Shown here one piece after another: positions 26,490 through 41,314 of a DNA stretch of 64,000 nucleotides. Position numbers and translations under genes: made by a program. Positions within the stretch are counted from its first letter, which is position 1. Every line of letters starts with the position of its first letter. This DNA is from the human T2T-CHM13v2.0 reference genome, Homo sapiens: NCBI RefSeq assembly GCF_009914755.1, contig NC_060929.1; one strand, written 5' to 3'. The notes beneath the pieces were generated by a model that was given only the letters and a program-made list of their open reading frames with translations, was not told where the DNA came from and did no database searches.

Positions 26490-26745
26490 CTAACTGAGTT
26501 TTGCATAGCACTTACATGTACTCGGCACAGTTCCAAGCACTCTGTATAAATTAATTCATCTAGTCCTCACCAAAGCCCTATGAGAAAGACCCTATCATTG
26601 CCACCACTGAACGGATGAGAACATTTAGACACAAAGAGAGGTCAACATATAATGCCCAAGGTCAAATATCTACAATGGCAAAGCCAGGGTGAGAAGCCAG
26701 GCAGGCAGATCAGAAAACACACTGGTAACCCTCACACTATCCTGC
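26490..26745 (-). mobile_element. MIR SINE
   Basis: aagcactctgtataaattaattcatctagtcctcacc...atgcccaaggtca. Confidence 0.7.
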
Positions 26746-27419
26746 AGCACAACGACTCAAAAGCAAGATTCAATATGTATCATTCTTTACAATTCCTCTA
26801 CAAGAACCATTAGCTGTGCTCAAAAACCTACTTAACATCCTTGTTAAGGCTGCCACACTGGGCTGGATTCCAAGAAGCCAATAATAACCCCTAAGTGGAA
26901 GCATACTTAAGTTTAGGTTAAAGAAAAGGGCTTCTGAGAGTGCAAACACAAAGCCACAGAGTGGCCTGAGAATTCCCTCCAAGCCTCTGGAGCTTCATGC
27001 CCCCAAGGCCATGCCGGCCTCCTAGGCCACCCACGCTGGGTTCACCTGCCTATCTCTACCCAGCTTTCAAGTTATAGGAGCCTGCCAAACACGGAAAGAG
27101 AAACAAGAGTCCTTAGCACATGAAAAAGCCAACAAGGTGAAATTATTTTAGAAGCGTACATGACTGAATGGGAGAAGCCAGGGCCATGACTCAGTGGAAT
27201 TTTTCACCCTGCAATTTACTAGCAGAGGCACAAGAAGCAAGAGACTTGCCCCACCGTGTGTCTGTTTCTTCACTTATATCAACCAACTGCTCCTTAGGGC
27301 TCCTGTGAGGTATCAGTAGATGTATTTAGGAAATGCTAATTGTAATTCTACAAATTAAAGTTGCTTTTAATATGTTACAACCAGCATATTTAATTCAAAC
27401 AGGAGAAACTTCACATAAA

Positions 27420-27670
27420 TATCATCATAGCTGACATTTATTAAGCATTATCTATGTTCCAGGCAACATCTTATGCGATGTATTTGGGCTGTTTGATTTA
27501 ATCCTCAAATGCTCCATAAAGACAGGACAAGTATCAAGTCCATTTTACAGTCAAGGAAACTGAGAACCAGAGAGATTTAAAGACTTGTCAAAGGGACACG
27601 ATGATGATGAAGTGGCAGACCCCAGATTTGAAATCAGCCAGGTGATTCCAGAGGCCACATGCTGAACCAC
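27420..27670 (-). mobile_element. MIR SINE
   Basis: catttattaagcattatctatgttccaggc...ccattttacagtcaaggaaactgag...agacttgtcaaagggacac. Confidence 0.8.
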
Positions 27671-29152
27671 AGAGGCACCAGCCTGTGAAGAATATGAGAG
27701 TAAGGCATGCTTGCCCCTGGAATGTGTACATAAATATACCTATATATAAAAGTGCAGTCCTTGGCCCTGAGTAACAGATTTTCCCAGCTCCAGTCTCAGG
27801 TCTCCAGAATGTCCTCTTGCCCAGGTCCTCTGGTATCCAGGTACAGAACCCCGAGCAGCCTGTCTGATGAGTTCCTTCCACGCCTGTCACCAGCCGGCAC
27901 TGCTATCACTCTGCCAAGGTCACTGACAACCCCAGCTGCCCAGAATGAGCACCTGCAGGCCTGGAACAGGCCCACCAGCAGGGAGCCTTTTCAGTGGGGG
28001 GCTGTTCTAAGTTGGAACCAACACACAAGCACCTGCATTCTCTTGATTTAGTATTATGTAGTAGAAGGGATGGTGAATAAATGATTTACAGGTGCACATA
28101 TATTTCCTCCATGAATTTTTTCAATCAAACTTTTTCTAACTGCAGGAAGAGGTATAGGCTTCAGTTGCAACACTGCCCTGGGTTTCCATATGCTTTACCT
28201 GCAGGTAACAATAGGTCCCCTGGGTTGCCTCCTCTGCCAGTGTGAGATGGTAAATGGAGACACCACTGTGGGTGGACTTAATAGAGCCCTGTAGCAGGAA
28301 CAGAGACAGTGGAGGAGGTGGCAATATGACTCAGGGACAAAAGACAGGGGTCAGGAACCAATATTTACCGAGCACATGTGATGTGCTGGGCCCTGTGCTA
28401 GATGCTTCTGGGGTGCTGGAGGGTTAAATAAGAGGATGCATGTAAAGTCTCAGCCCCGAGCCTGCTCTGCTCATGCTCCACCAATGCTACTTGTGGTTCC
28501 TGTGATTTACTATTGCCATTGGTTATTATTTTTAATTAGTATCATACCCTATGAGTCCACAATCCTACACGGTTTACAATCAGAGCACAGCTCATTCATT
28601 TATCAACTTAAAAAATCAGAAATTTCATCCTTTACTCTCCCTGGAAGGCATTTTAAAAGGTTCTAAACATACAATCCCCAGCAACATTAATCAAAATCCC
28701 TCCCTCTCCCATTCATCTCCCTCACACCCACAAAAGAGCCAGCCTCACTATGAGCACTCCCAAAATAATCCCAATTTAAATGTCTTTTTCTCTTTGCCCC
28801 CAATTATTTTGACTGGCTTAACCTCTCTCCCAACCAGAAAAACATTATTTTTTTCTATTTACGAGTAGAAGGAGAGAAAAACAAAAAAAGGCTGGCAATT
28901 ACAGGATTCTCTTTGTTGGATGGCAGAGCAGGGAGCTCTGTGGATATGCTCATATCAATAACTTTTGCCCCAGAATTATTATAATATGGATGACTGTGTG
29001 AACTGGAGGATGTTGTCCTTGTTTTTAGAGATGAGGAGATGAAGCCTGAGAGGTGTTAAGAAAGGCCACACAACTCATAGATGGGAGAAAGACTGAATTC
29101 TGCTTCCCTAAAGAGACCACGCCATCCAAAACACCATTTCATATCTGAAATT

Positions 29153-29573
29153 CAGTGGATTGGATAAAGAAAATGTGGTACATATACACCATGAAATACT
29201 ATGCAGCTCTTAAAAAGAATGAAATCACATATTTTGCAGCAACATGGATGCAGCTGGAGGCCACTATCCTAAGCAAATTAATGCAGGAAGAGAAAACCAA
29301 ATACTGCATGTTCTCACTTATAAGTGGGGGCTAAACAGTGGGTACTCATGGATGCAAAGATGGCAACAATAGACAGTGGAGACAGCTACAGGTGGGAGGG
29401 AGGAAATGGGGCAAGGACCCATAAATGAACTATTGGATACTATACTCAGTACCTGGGTGATGGGATCAGGTGTACCCCAAACCTCAGCATCACACAGTAT
29501 ACCCAGGTAACAAACCTGCACATGTACCCCCTGAATCTAAAATAAAAGTTGAAATTATTTTAAAAAAATAAAA
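29153..29573 (+). mobile_element. L1PA15/16-L1PB-type 3' end
   Basis: tggataaagaaaatgtggtacatatacaccatg...gcatgttctcacttataagtggg...ccaaacctcagcatcacacagtatacccaggtaacaaacctgcacatgtaccccctgaatctaaaataaaag + A-rich tail. Confidence 0.9.
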
Positions 29574-31899
29574 CTAAGCAGAATTCTAGTTTTATGGAGT
29601 AAAGGAAGGAACACAGAATGTGGAGTTAGCTCTGTCTGACTGTAAAACCCAGTTTCATTCCTTCTTGATGAAACAATCACCAATCAGCAAGTCTCCTAGC
29701 CCCTTTTGACCTCCATTTCCTCATTTGTAGAACTGGGATAATTAAGTGCTTGTTTTATAGGAGTGTTGTAAGAATTCAAAGAACACACTCAACAAATGTT
29801 ATTTCCACCCTTCAACCTAATGAGACATCTTTTTAAAAAATTTCTGTATGTAGCCTCTTGAATGTGGCAGCAACAATCTTTCTCCCTTTCAATATCAAAT
29901 CCCACACCATGGTAGGAATTACCCACAAAGACTGTTTTTACTATCTCCTATCTCCAAAATATATTTTCTGTTGGGTAATTCGAAGCTATTAAGGCTGCCA
30001 AAACCCTAAATAACCAGGCCATGTCAGAGCCAGCATCGCATGACCTGCATGCTATAAATGAATTGCTTGTAAGCGCAAGTAGATGTGGAGGTAGTTTGAT
30101 TTTGCTCTGATATGACTCAAACTAATAGAAACACCGTAAATATCCTTCCCAAAGTTGGAAGCAGGCAGCATTACCATTGGCAGTAAATGTGAAACCATTT
30201 TCATAATAATTTGTTGAGCCAAGAACCTCGAGAGTGGCTTCTGTGACAGATGAGAAGTCACTGGGTTTGACTAAATCAGACTAACCACATATTACTAGAC
30301 AGTACTCTGCCTCCATTATGGCCCTCCTGAGAATTCGGTCTCAGCGTCAGTCAAATCAGGACAAAACAAGAACCCAACCCTTTCGCCTAACAATGGCCAG
30401 GAAAGTTACATTATATTAGAAGGTAGAAAATTGATTCATACAGTCAATTAGCATGTGGTTACTGCGATCAAGTTTTAAAAGAGGCACACAATATGCTTGG
30501 TATACAAATATAAAACCACAGGAAGTGCAGAGAAAAATAAACTTTCTCAAACACCAAAGGTAATAAATCCATATTTATGCTCTTGGGCATTAAGACTCAA
30601 GTACTTTCAGTGCTCTCAATGTTCCACCATAGTCTTTTCAAACTTGTGTATTTGCCAACACAACTAGATTTGATATTGATTTTTTGTTACAAAGCCAGAA
30701 CTGCAAGATCTTGGGACCAAATGTAAGATCCAGAGTGGTCCCTTCTTCTCCTTGCATTTCCAATTCTATAAAATTTCAGGGTGACACTTCACCCTGTTAT
30801 ACATAGGACAATTGAGCAAAGTGATGAGGAGATGTCAGTTGTATAATATCAGCTAAATGAGTTTCAATTTCATTCCATGCTCTGTCAGCTTCCCTTCTTC
30901 TTGCACACCCTCCCTCTTCTATAGAACAGGAAAAAGAAACTGGGCCAAGTTTTACGTGAATTCATCTCAAAGAAACACTGAAAATGCCACCTAAAGAAGC
31001 AGAGAACTTCCTTGCTTTCTTAATATTTTCCAGGCTAGAACTGGATACATTATTTATCTAGGGAACCCTTAAGGCAATATCACATCTTAGTCTTTGGAGA
31101 ACTAAGAATGAATACACAAAAACATGTGCACTTGTTTTTGAAATGCTTTAGAATAATCGGTTTTATTTCAGAGTCATTTCATTCCATTATTTAAAAGCCT
31201 CCTACCAATCCTTTTTATTAACTCAAGAAGGTTCAGGAGAGACATAATAAAAGGCACATTTGTAATACAGGTCAGATACACGGTCTGGGACTAGGGGGCA
31301 TCTGGAGAGGTGAAGGTGAGCCTTTTCCAGTAAGTCATCATTGTGAGTCCCAGAGCTGTCATTCTCTAGATAACCCAGTCACCAGGCAAGGCACACAGGG
31401 GCAGCTGGGATGGAGGTGAAGGTTTGCCCAGTGCTCCACTGCACAGCTCTCATCTTCTAATTCTGTTATTTGTATTCTCCCTAGTCCGGCTTTATGCCAG
31501 TTAGGGAAGAGAGATATCTAGACCCAAAATTGTCAGTAAACTTGGCCGCATGACATCACTGGAGTCCAGGGGCTCAATTCTAAGGTTGTTCATTCCCCCA
31601 GTACTCTGTCCAAAAGCCAATCAGCTATAATTCTCTGTAATGAGCCAAAACAATATGGAAACACAGTTGTCATTCTCAGCAGCCAACACACCAGCAGCAG
31701 AGAGACAAGCTGGGGTCATAACTCAGCCCTTCGTATACCTGATGCCCAAAGAGAAAGAAGACTGAGAATGATAGTTCTAAGAGAAACCTCCGAAGCCCCC
31801 ATCTAATGCTATTTCTTTGAAGATGAAGAAACAGAGGTCCAGGGAGGTAAAGAAACACAGTTCCACAGTCTAGCTCCTACTATCCTGGATCCCATTGGT

Positions 31900-32059
31900 G
31901 CATAGGAGTTAAGAGCAGGATCTTCAGAGTCAAATAGATCTCAGATTTCTACCACAGCTACCCACTAGCTGTGTGACCTTGAGCAAGTCTTTAAGTACCT
32001 GTGAGGCTTAGGTCCTACAACTACAAAATACAGGGCACCTACCTCAATAGGGATGTTAC
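31900..32059 (+). mobile_element. MIR SINE, split by the LTR and resuming ~33025-33090
   Basis: gttaagagcagg...cactagctgtgtgaccttgagcaagtc...acctacctcaatagggatgtt. Confidence 0.75.
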
Positions 32060-33023
32060 TGTGATATTGTGAAAGAAGAAGTACATATTTGGTCTCGGCC
32101 CCTGGTTTCTGAGACAAAGCTCCTAAAACTCTTATGGATAAGGGTATAGAAAGATTCTATAGATACAGAATGTTTTGTTCTACTATTTGGTCTTTGACCC
32201 TGGCTTCTAGCAGGCAGTTCCTAAAACCCTTGGAATCTCTGGAGTGATGAGTGTCTTTTGTACGCTAATGAGTTGACTGGCAGTTGGGGGCCCCAAGATA
32301 GCTTCAAGATGGGGACTGGTCACCAGAAAGACCAAGGAATGAATAGAGGGTTGGGACTTTCAGTCCCACCCCAACCTCTCGGCTGGAGAGAAGGGCTGCA
32401 GGTTGAGTTGATCACCAATGGCCAATGATGTGATCAATCACGCCTATGTAATGGAGCTTCCATAAAACCCACAAAAGCAGGGTTCAGAGAACTTTTGGAT
32501 TGTTGAACACAATCCAAAAGGGTGGTGCACCCCAAGAGGACATGGAAGCCCCGCCCCCTGCCACACACCTTGTCCTATGCATCTCCTTACCTGGCTGTTC
32601 ATCTGTACCCTTTGTAATATCCTGTATAATAAATGGGTAAATGAGAGTAAAGTGGTTCCCTGAGTTCCATGAGCAGGTTTAGCAAATTAATCAAAGCTGA
32701 GAAGAGGGTTATGGGAACCCCAGTTTATAGCCAATCAGTCAGAAGCACAGATCACAACCTGGGGCTTATGACTGGCATCCGAAGGGGGGTCCATCTTGTG
32801 AGAGTGAGCCCTTAACCTGTGGGATCCAATGGCAACTCCAGGTAGACAGTGACAGAATTAAGTTAAACTGTAGGACATCCAGTTAGTGTCTGCTGGAGAA
32901 TCAGGTGTTGGTGGGGAGAAATCCTCACATATTGTGGTGACTAAAGGTGAGTTATTCTGTATTGAGTGTGTTGAGTGTGTTGAGAGTAGAGAGAAAAAAC
33001 AGGGCTTTTTTTTTAATGCTTCA
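32060..33023. mobile_element. MER21-type ERV solo LTR
   Basis: tgtgatattgtga...atttggtctc...agctcctaaaac...ggactttcagtcccaccc...atcaccaatggccaatga...gactggcatc...agaattaagttaaactgtaggacatccag; TG...CA ends. Confidence 0.85.
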
Positions 33024-33869
33024 GACTAAAAATCAGGGACAATCAAAGTGTTTCACCCAGTGTCTGGCAAATAATAAGTTTGCAATATATTGCAACTAAT
33101 ACGTGAATGATGGTGCAATTTCTTAGAATCCCTTTAAACCATAATTCTTTCCAGATTAGTTTTATTAATTCAACAAACATAAGCTGAATATGTACTATGT
33201 GTCAGGCACTGTGGATTCTTCTGGACAGAAGCAGACAGCAGGAATTGTGCATCAACTTTGGCCTGATTTGCCTGCATAGTGCCTGATTAACAATCTTATC
33301 TTGGTCAGGTGAGAAGCCCATATGGTTACTTTTTTAGTCCATGACTGACCTAGAGGCCCTGGGCCAAAGGCAAGGAGACTTAGTCCTTTCAAAATGCATT
33401 TCCAGAATTTCCTAAATTTGTATTTTGTGTGTTGCCAGATTGCTTTACCCTGAAGCTGAGCTTCCTTGCAGTAGACAATGTCAGAGGCTCACTTCTTGCA
33501 CGTGGATAACAGCCTCAAGCGGTTGGCTGGACAAAGACGCTGCACAGTCTATTGAAATAGAAAACTGGGGAGAGTAGGGTAAACATAACCCCAAGCTTAG
33601 CCTCTGACCTCCCAGACTCAAGCTGCTGCTGACCAGGGGGCAGGTGCTCAGCCAGGTCTAGGGGAGGTCAAGGCCATGAGTCTTGGTTTCAATGCACTGC
33701 AGAGGCCTCTGCAAATCACTGTGGATCCTTTCAGGAAGGAGAAAGCCCAATGCAGCAGCTGGAGACCATAAAAGGTGATAATCTGGGGCATAGTCATGGG
33801 TTTCATTCTTGATGAGGGGGAAAAGAGTGGAGAAATCAAGTGAAATCATCCACCCCAGCACCACTGTAG

Positions 33870-34430
33870 TCATATCTACCCTTTACTGAGCACTTGCTTT
33901 CAGAGTGCACATGTTCATTACAACTATCCCCATTTACTCAGGAGGAATCTGAGGCTTAGAGAGGATAAGCAACTAACCCGAGGTCACATAACAAGTAAGT
34001 GCAGAAACAGACTTCACACCCAGGAAGTCTCATAGATTCTGCACACTGACTATACTGACAACAACACTATCAAGAACTCATATTTTTAGACTTGATGAGC
34101 CAAGCTCTGTGCAGAGCAATTATATTCTCTCATTTTACGCCATCAAACCTCTATCAAGCAAGTGCCATTGTTATCCCCATTTTACAGAAGAAGAAACAAA
34201 CTCAAGTCACATTACACAAGTGGGTGACAAGGCCAGGGTCTACCTCTAACCACCACGCTCGCAAGAGCACTAGATTAGGAATCAGGAGACCTGGTTCTAG
34301 TACTGTCTTCACCACTCAATGACCACATGCTCCAAACTAATTCAGTATGTTGATGAGCCTCTAGTTCCCCATCTGTAAAATAGGGGAACAATACCTCCTT
34401 CTTGGAGTTTGAGTGAGACTCCAATAGAAG
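33870..34430. mobile_element. Cluster of MIR fragments (two -, one +)
   Basis: ccccatttactcaggaggaatctgaggcttagagagg; atccccattttacagaagaagaaac; gagcctctagttccccatctgtaaaatagggga. Confidence 0.7.
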
Positions 34431-34869
34431 GGTGCAGCACACACACACCTGGGAGAATGGTTATTACTGTGATGATAATGACCTTCCTCCCATCTGGGGT
34501 TGCTGTTGTATACAGCAAGGCCCTGGAACCAAATCTTGCCCTGGTCTCATCATTTTAATTCATTGTACTCTTGAAGCAAGAACAGTGTCAACAGAAGTAC
34601 TGCCAACAACAACAACAAAACCAATGTGCATCTGTTCGTGTCTGCATTTAATTTATACCAACACTAGGAAACTTAGACCAAAGAAAACTGCAACCAAAAC
34701 TCAAGTGCAACGGCCTTTGTCATTATAATATTCCTTAATACTTAGCATTATACCTAGCCCAGGGTCGAACACATAATAAGAGTGAAAATATTTCCAAATG
34801 ACAGTAAATAGTTAACAAAATTACTATTACTTACTGCTATGAACCAGACATTGTATTATCTCAACTTAT

Positions 34870-35030
34870 CTCCCCAACCTATAAAAAAGAGATTATTTTT
34901 ATTTCTATTTTACAAAGGAAAAAAACTGAAGCTTGGAGGGGAGATATATGTTGGCCAAAGTCACAGAGCTGGCAAGTGGTGCAGCCAGAATTGAAACCCA
35001 AGTTTGTCTGAATCAAATACAGAGCCCACC
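34870..35030 (-). mobile_element. MIR SINE
   Basis: attttacaaaggaaaaaactgaagcttgg...gccaaagtcacagagctggcaagtgg...gaattgaaacccaagtttgtctga. Confidence 0.8.
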
Positions 35031-37095
35031 TCCCTAGAGTACCAATGCCAAGGCACAATAAAAAACATCCAGACACCAGAAAGTGATGTCACTTCTACAA
35101 GGCTGAATCCCCCCTTACAGAAGCATGTGGCTCCATCATTCATTTAGAAAGAAAGGATCATGTTTATCTGCTTCACCAGTATTTCTCTACAGCCAAGCAG
35201 ACTTGTGGCACATTGCAATCACTCAACAACAACGATGTCAGATGACTGATTGAATAAGCATGTATCAGTAGCTGTGGTCTATACCTTCAAACCAATTGGG
35301 ATAAATAATAAGACAAAGGCATGAAAAGATAAACAGAAACAATACCTCACATACCAAGTGCTAGTGTCAGGATACAAATGAGAAGAGATAAGGGGGAATG
35401 AGCAAGAGATAGTGGGGCCTGACGTGGTCAGGAAACTATATTTGAGCTGAATTTTAAAGAAAGTACCTGAATGAGTAGAGATGACATGAGGCAGAATTTA
35501 TAGTATATCAAATCATGATCAGTTTGCTGTAGAAATATTCCACTCCTATGCATATTTTTTAATTCACAAGTCCTACACCCAATTTTTTAAAGTAAAAGCT
35601 CAATGTAACCATTACAAGGGAAAAGTTAATATTTACTCCTTAATTGGGTGCAGACCAAAGGCATACCATGTCCTAAGCATACACACACACACTGTGACTC
35701 AATAAATGAAAGATAAAGTCTTGCCCACAAAAGATACTGGATAAATATTGGCTAGTGTGGGTGGGTAGGTGGCAGGGTCTGTAATTTCAATGGGAGAAAA
35801 CAATATTTCTGAACACTTACTATGTGCCAAGAACCAAACTTTCTATAGGTTTTCACATCTAAGACATATGAGAAGGATGTTTTTACCTCTATAGAAAACA
35901 GGTATATTCCTTCCAAATTAATGTTAAGAACCTGGTTTTCACCCAGGCAATGAGGTGAAATGTCTTCCAGGCAGCCTCACCCACTTGGTGAAATCACCCT
36001 GTATACAGGTCTGGCCTTCAGACCAGGAAAGGAAGAACTGTGCTCTGCAGGGTCCCTATGGTCAGATTTTTCCCTCCCACCTAGAGAAGACTTACATCAA
36101 CTAAGCTTTGAGGGACAAGAGGAAAAGCCACAGCACCAAAATGTCTCGTCTTCAATGAGAATTAGAACAGTTGTGATGACAGTACCTTCCTGGAATGTAA
36201 ATTTTACTGGATGATAATTTTACACATTTTTTATACCAAAATAAACACAGATATGTTAAGAAGTAGAATTCCAAATGTGTATGAGTTTTTAAGATGAAAC
36301 CTAAGACTTCAAAGAAATTTAAGGTTTATGAAAGATTGCTTCAGGCCATACTCCCAAACCTCCCAGCAATAGGGTTCATGTTCCCCTACCATGAGCAGTT
36401 TGTGGTAGAAAGTTTTGGTGAAGCTCTGAGTTTGTCAATTTTTGTAGATTCAGGAACCACAAGGTATCCTCAGGATAACTGCACATTTTTGATCTGATGC
36501 ATAACGGTTCATTTCAGAGGTTAATCCTCAGATTCTATGCCAGTTAAAGTTCTTAGGAACACATAACTACCTATTCTAGAGACAAAGAAACTAGTGTTTA
36601 AAGAGATCAGTGGCTGGCCCAAGGTCAAACTGTGGCAGAACTGCGGTTCAATCCAGGTTCAAAGTCAAAGCCTGGCCCCTCTTTTACAGAAGCAAATGAT
36701 CCAGGGGGCATACCAAATGTCCAATGAAAGGATGGCTCATCATGTAATGCTCCCTATGACATGAGTTCTGAAGAGAGTAAGGATGATCAGGCAATCCATG
36801 GCATGGCAGGGAAAGGGGGCACTGAGGTAGACCCTAAATGACAGGAGGGACTCAGACAGAATGGGTGACACATTCAGCAGGTGAAGGCTGTCTTGAGGAG
36901 GGGTCTCAAGATAATCAAATGAGATGCTTGTATATGGCCCTGCAGAGCTTTGGGCACAAAGAAAGCATGCAAGAAACATTAGCTGTTATGGGTCATTCAG
37001 TTCAACATCCAGACATTTATAAAATACTCACCCAGGGCAGCCATTATGCTAGTGATAGCAAATAAAAATTGTATAATATAGCAATGTTTCTTTCA

Positions 37096-37575
<480 letters not shown>

Positions 37576-38379
37576 TCACAATGGAAAGAAGTGGCCAAAA
37601 GGCAAGGTTTTAAAATAGGCATAAGGCAGGAATTAGGAGGCTTGAGGACAAGGAGAGGAGCCCAGAGGCAGGAGGTGGGTTAGGAGGCAAGTTTCTGAAG
37701 GCCTAGGTTGGGAGAAGGGAGTGGAGAGCTCAGACTTGACACTGGGAACAGAGAACAAGACAGGGAGGCCCATGAGAAGCCACAAGGAATCAAGATAAAC
37801 CAACAAAGACAACAAAACTCAGTTGACTGAAGAATTTCATTCATGTACTGGAGTCTCTTTTCAAACATAATGAATAAATAAACATGCTCCCAGTGACAAA
37901 GCAGCACTTTGCTTCTATCTAAATCACTCCCCAGAGCCCGTGGTTGTAGGAGCACTGAGAGAGCACCATCTCATCCAGCATTAACTCCTCTTCTTGCAGA
38001 GGCCCCTGTGCTGGGCAGCACTAAGCCAAGGGGAAAGAGACAGAGTTCAAGAATGTGCTGGAGTCTGAGAACAGGCCCCACTTTGCCTTGCCTCCACCCA
38101 GGGACACTGGACTAGAGCCTCCCCCACCACAGCCTCCGTTTCCCATCTGTAAAACATGGACTCTGCGATTGCTTCCAGCTCAAATGCTCTGATTCTAAAG
38201 ATGGGATTTCCTCTTCAGGGATGGGATGTAACACGCCTCTGTGCTGCTTAGAGGTTGTCATCTACATCCAAATGTCGGTATCACACTGTGGTTTGAAATA
38301 AAAAACTGCTTGGCAAAGTCAGCCACTGTTACTGAAGTAAGTACTCACTGTACTTCTTATATTAGTAAGAACAGCTTGA

Positions 38380-38610
38380 TAACATTTTTACTGATCATCT
38401 ACTATGCAAAGTACTTAAAACGCCTGACTCAGTCATAGCAATCTTTTGTGGTAAGGACTACAACACTCTCCTTTTACTGATGAGGAAATTACAGCTCCGA
38501 GAAGCTAAGTAATGTATCCAAGGTATCGTGGTTAATAAGTGACAAGCGGGAATAGAAATCAGGCTGTGTGGCTCCAACCCTACTCCTATCCATTATACTG
38601 CACTATCTTA
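38380..38610 (-). mobile_element. MIR SINE
   Basis: cttttactgatgaggaaattacagctccgagaagctaagtaatgtatccaaggt. Confidence 0.75.
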
Positions 38611-41099
38611 CTTACCCAACCTTACCGCATCTATATTTCTACATAGGTATAGATGGTTAGAAGGAGAAGGAGAAGGAGATTTGGCAAGACCCAGCTCAGG
38701 ATTGCCAACACTCACCCTTTCCTCCCCTAAGGCAGACATGGCTAATCAATTACAGAATTCTTCCCCACTGACTTGTGACCACAAATCCATTTCTGACTAA
38801 TCAGAGTTCAAGATGAAGCTCGATCCTTTATCTTCATCTCTGGGATAATGGAATCCCATCAGAGGGGTGTAATTTGTTTAAGGAAGCACAGCTTGTTAGT
38901 GACAGGGTTGGAAGTAGAATCTTGGTCTCTTGACTTTCGGTCTAATGGGTTGATGGTAAGATCTCCCTATGCAAAGGACAGTGCCTTTTCTAACTGACCA
39001 GAGAGAAATAATAGAAGGTATACCAAAGATGACCACATCATCAGGTGCCAGAGGAGACTGCTCTAAATACAGCCCTAACACATGGTTCTTGGACATTGCA
39101 AGTTATCCAATTAATGACAACTGTAAAACAGCATTCCTGCTTTGTTCTGATTGAAATGAACAATTTGTAAAGCTGAGAAATTAACTTCCTTTCAAGGTAA
39201 CAAATATTTGAAGTTGGAATCCCAGAAAACTTGTGAATTAAGCAAAAGAACAACAATGCCACTTATTTAATCCTTCTGGAAAGACTAGATTTTATTCAAG
39301 CTTTGCTGGGAAAATTGACAAGTTGTATGACTCAGCTACATCAAACAAATGAGCCACTGGTCTCACTCCTGAGACACAGCAGAAGCAAGCTGCCAGAATT
39401 GAGTCCTATAGTAGCTAGTCAGATTCTTCCCCTACATTTAAGGTGTACAACAAGCACAGGTGGTCCCAAACCTGCCCAAGGAGGAGCTCCTTCTCATCAG
39501 ACCACCATACCAGACAATACCACCAAAGGTAACTAGCTGCCAGGTACCTGGGCAGAGGCGGCATGGTGATATGAAAGAAAATCATCAACAAGGAAAAAAG
39601 CAGTGCCCAGGCTGGCTCCAAGCAGGCTGAAGTGGGACAGACAAAATGCAGGGTCCCCACCAAGGCACTCCTTTGTTGTAAGACCTGCAAGGGGGAACCT
39701 TAAGGAGGCATATGAGAAGAAACCTGTTTTATACAAAGCTCTCTTCCCTAGGATCTCACCTGGAATCTCTCCAAATAGATGACGGCTGCCAAATCTGCAC
39801 ACAGGAAATGCTAGCATCACCCTCTTAATTTGTCTAGTAGCCTTTTACACAAATACACTGTGTTCTTTGTGTGAACCTGAATTAATGATGCTAAGATGAC
39901 AAAAATCACTCATTTAAAATTATTTGCAGAGTGGTAAGTAAGCAGGATTCTGGCAGTGGGTGTCAAAAGATCCTTTCATTAAATGTTAACTCTTCCTTGT
40001 GAGAGGTGGAGTTCAGTGGAGGCAGAGGGATTGGAAAAAGTAAGAGTATCCCAACACTTAGCAGGTCCTGCCCTGGGGAAAGCCAGACATCTCCGCTGCT
40101 AGAATGGGCCTAATGAGCCAGGAATTGGCATTGCTGCAAATATGTTTCTTTATAAAAGGGGATTCATTATTCCAGGACTCGCATTTCTGAATTCATGAAG
40201 GTAAAATTACAGCAATTAAGAATCATGCCTTTTTTTCTCCAAATGAATAGAAGCTCAAAATACCACCAAACAAAACTCCAGGTCAAATTTCATGAGAAAG
40301 TATACCTTATTGCCAGAAAACACACAGATGTGTGAAGAAACAATAACTGGCATAGTGCCTTTGCCCAATGTTCTAGAGCTCATCATGATCAAAGTATTCA
40401 CTGAACATATGTCTGTCCAGGCTGTGTTGAGTGCTTAGGAAGCTGAGGTCTTGGCCCTGGCTGGGCCCCTAGTCTACTTCACTGAAGATAACCTAGGTGG
40501 CTATTTTTCCTGGAGAGACATGATGATTTTATAGGGCCTCCATGGTGTCTTTTAGAGCTGCTTTGCCTCCTTAGAGTGAGCAGGTCCTGAAGAAGTAATT
40601 AGAAAATGTGAACCTTTCTAGAGCCATGGCCTTCAGGATTCTCTTGATCTAGTCTCTAAGCCCTGGGCAACCCATCCAGTACTCCATCTGCCCCAGAAGT
40701 AGATTCTGAAAGAATAGCCCAGGGTATCTAGACACCATGCCCTCCATCTAGTGGGGGTCAGTTGCATCTCCTGACCCAGGAGGGTGGTGTTTCTAGATAG
40801 AGCAACAAGAACCCATGTTTCAGAGGGAGGAAGATGGGGAGCACAGAGACAGAGCAGTGCAGAACAAAATCAAATGACCTCAAAATCATGTCCTCCACAT
40901 CCCATATTGACAACTCCTCATTTCCAAAAGCACCATTTTGGTTAAATCTGTGGAAAAAGAAAACAACCTTCTCTCATTTTGGGGGGCATGTACATAACTA
41001 ATCCTTTCACTTGAGTCGCCCTGCCTGGCAGTGCCCCCCAGGATGCATTTTGAGTCACTCTCTATAGCACCTGGCTGTGAAGCCATGAATGGATCATCA

Positions 41100-41300
41100 T
41101 TTTCTAAGTATTATCACACGCAAGGAACTGTACTTTACATGGATTTAGATTACTTAATCCTCAAAGAGCCCTGTGAGGTTGTTTGTATTTTACCCCACTT
41201 TATAGAGGAACAAACCACATCACATAGGATGTAATAATTTGGCCCACATCACCCAGGTCTGACTCCTGAGTCTAGTCTCCTAACCACTATGAACTCCACT
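41100..41300 (-). mobile_element. MIR SINE
   Basis: ttaatcctcaaagagccctgtgagg...ccccactttatagaggaacaaac...cccaggtctgactcc. Confidence 0.7.
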
Positions 41301-41314
41301 GCCCTCTAGTGTAA
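41296..41314 (-). promoter_or_regulatory. Candidate CTCF binding motif
   Basis: Reverse strand reads aCACTAGAGGGCAGTGG, one mismatch to the CCACYAGRKGGCRS core; motif only. Confidence 0.35.
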
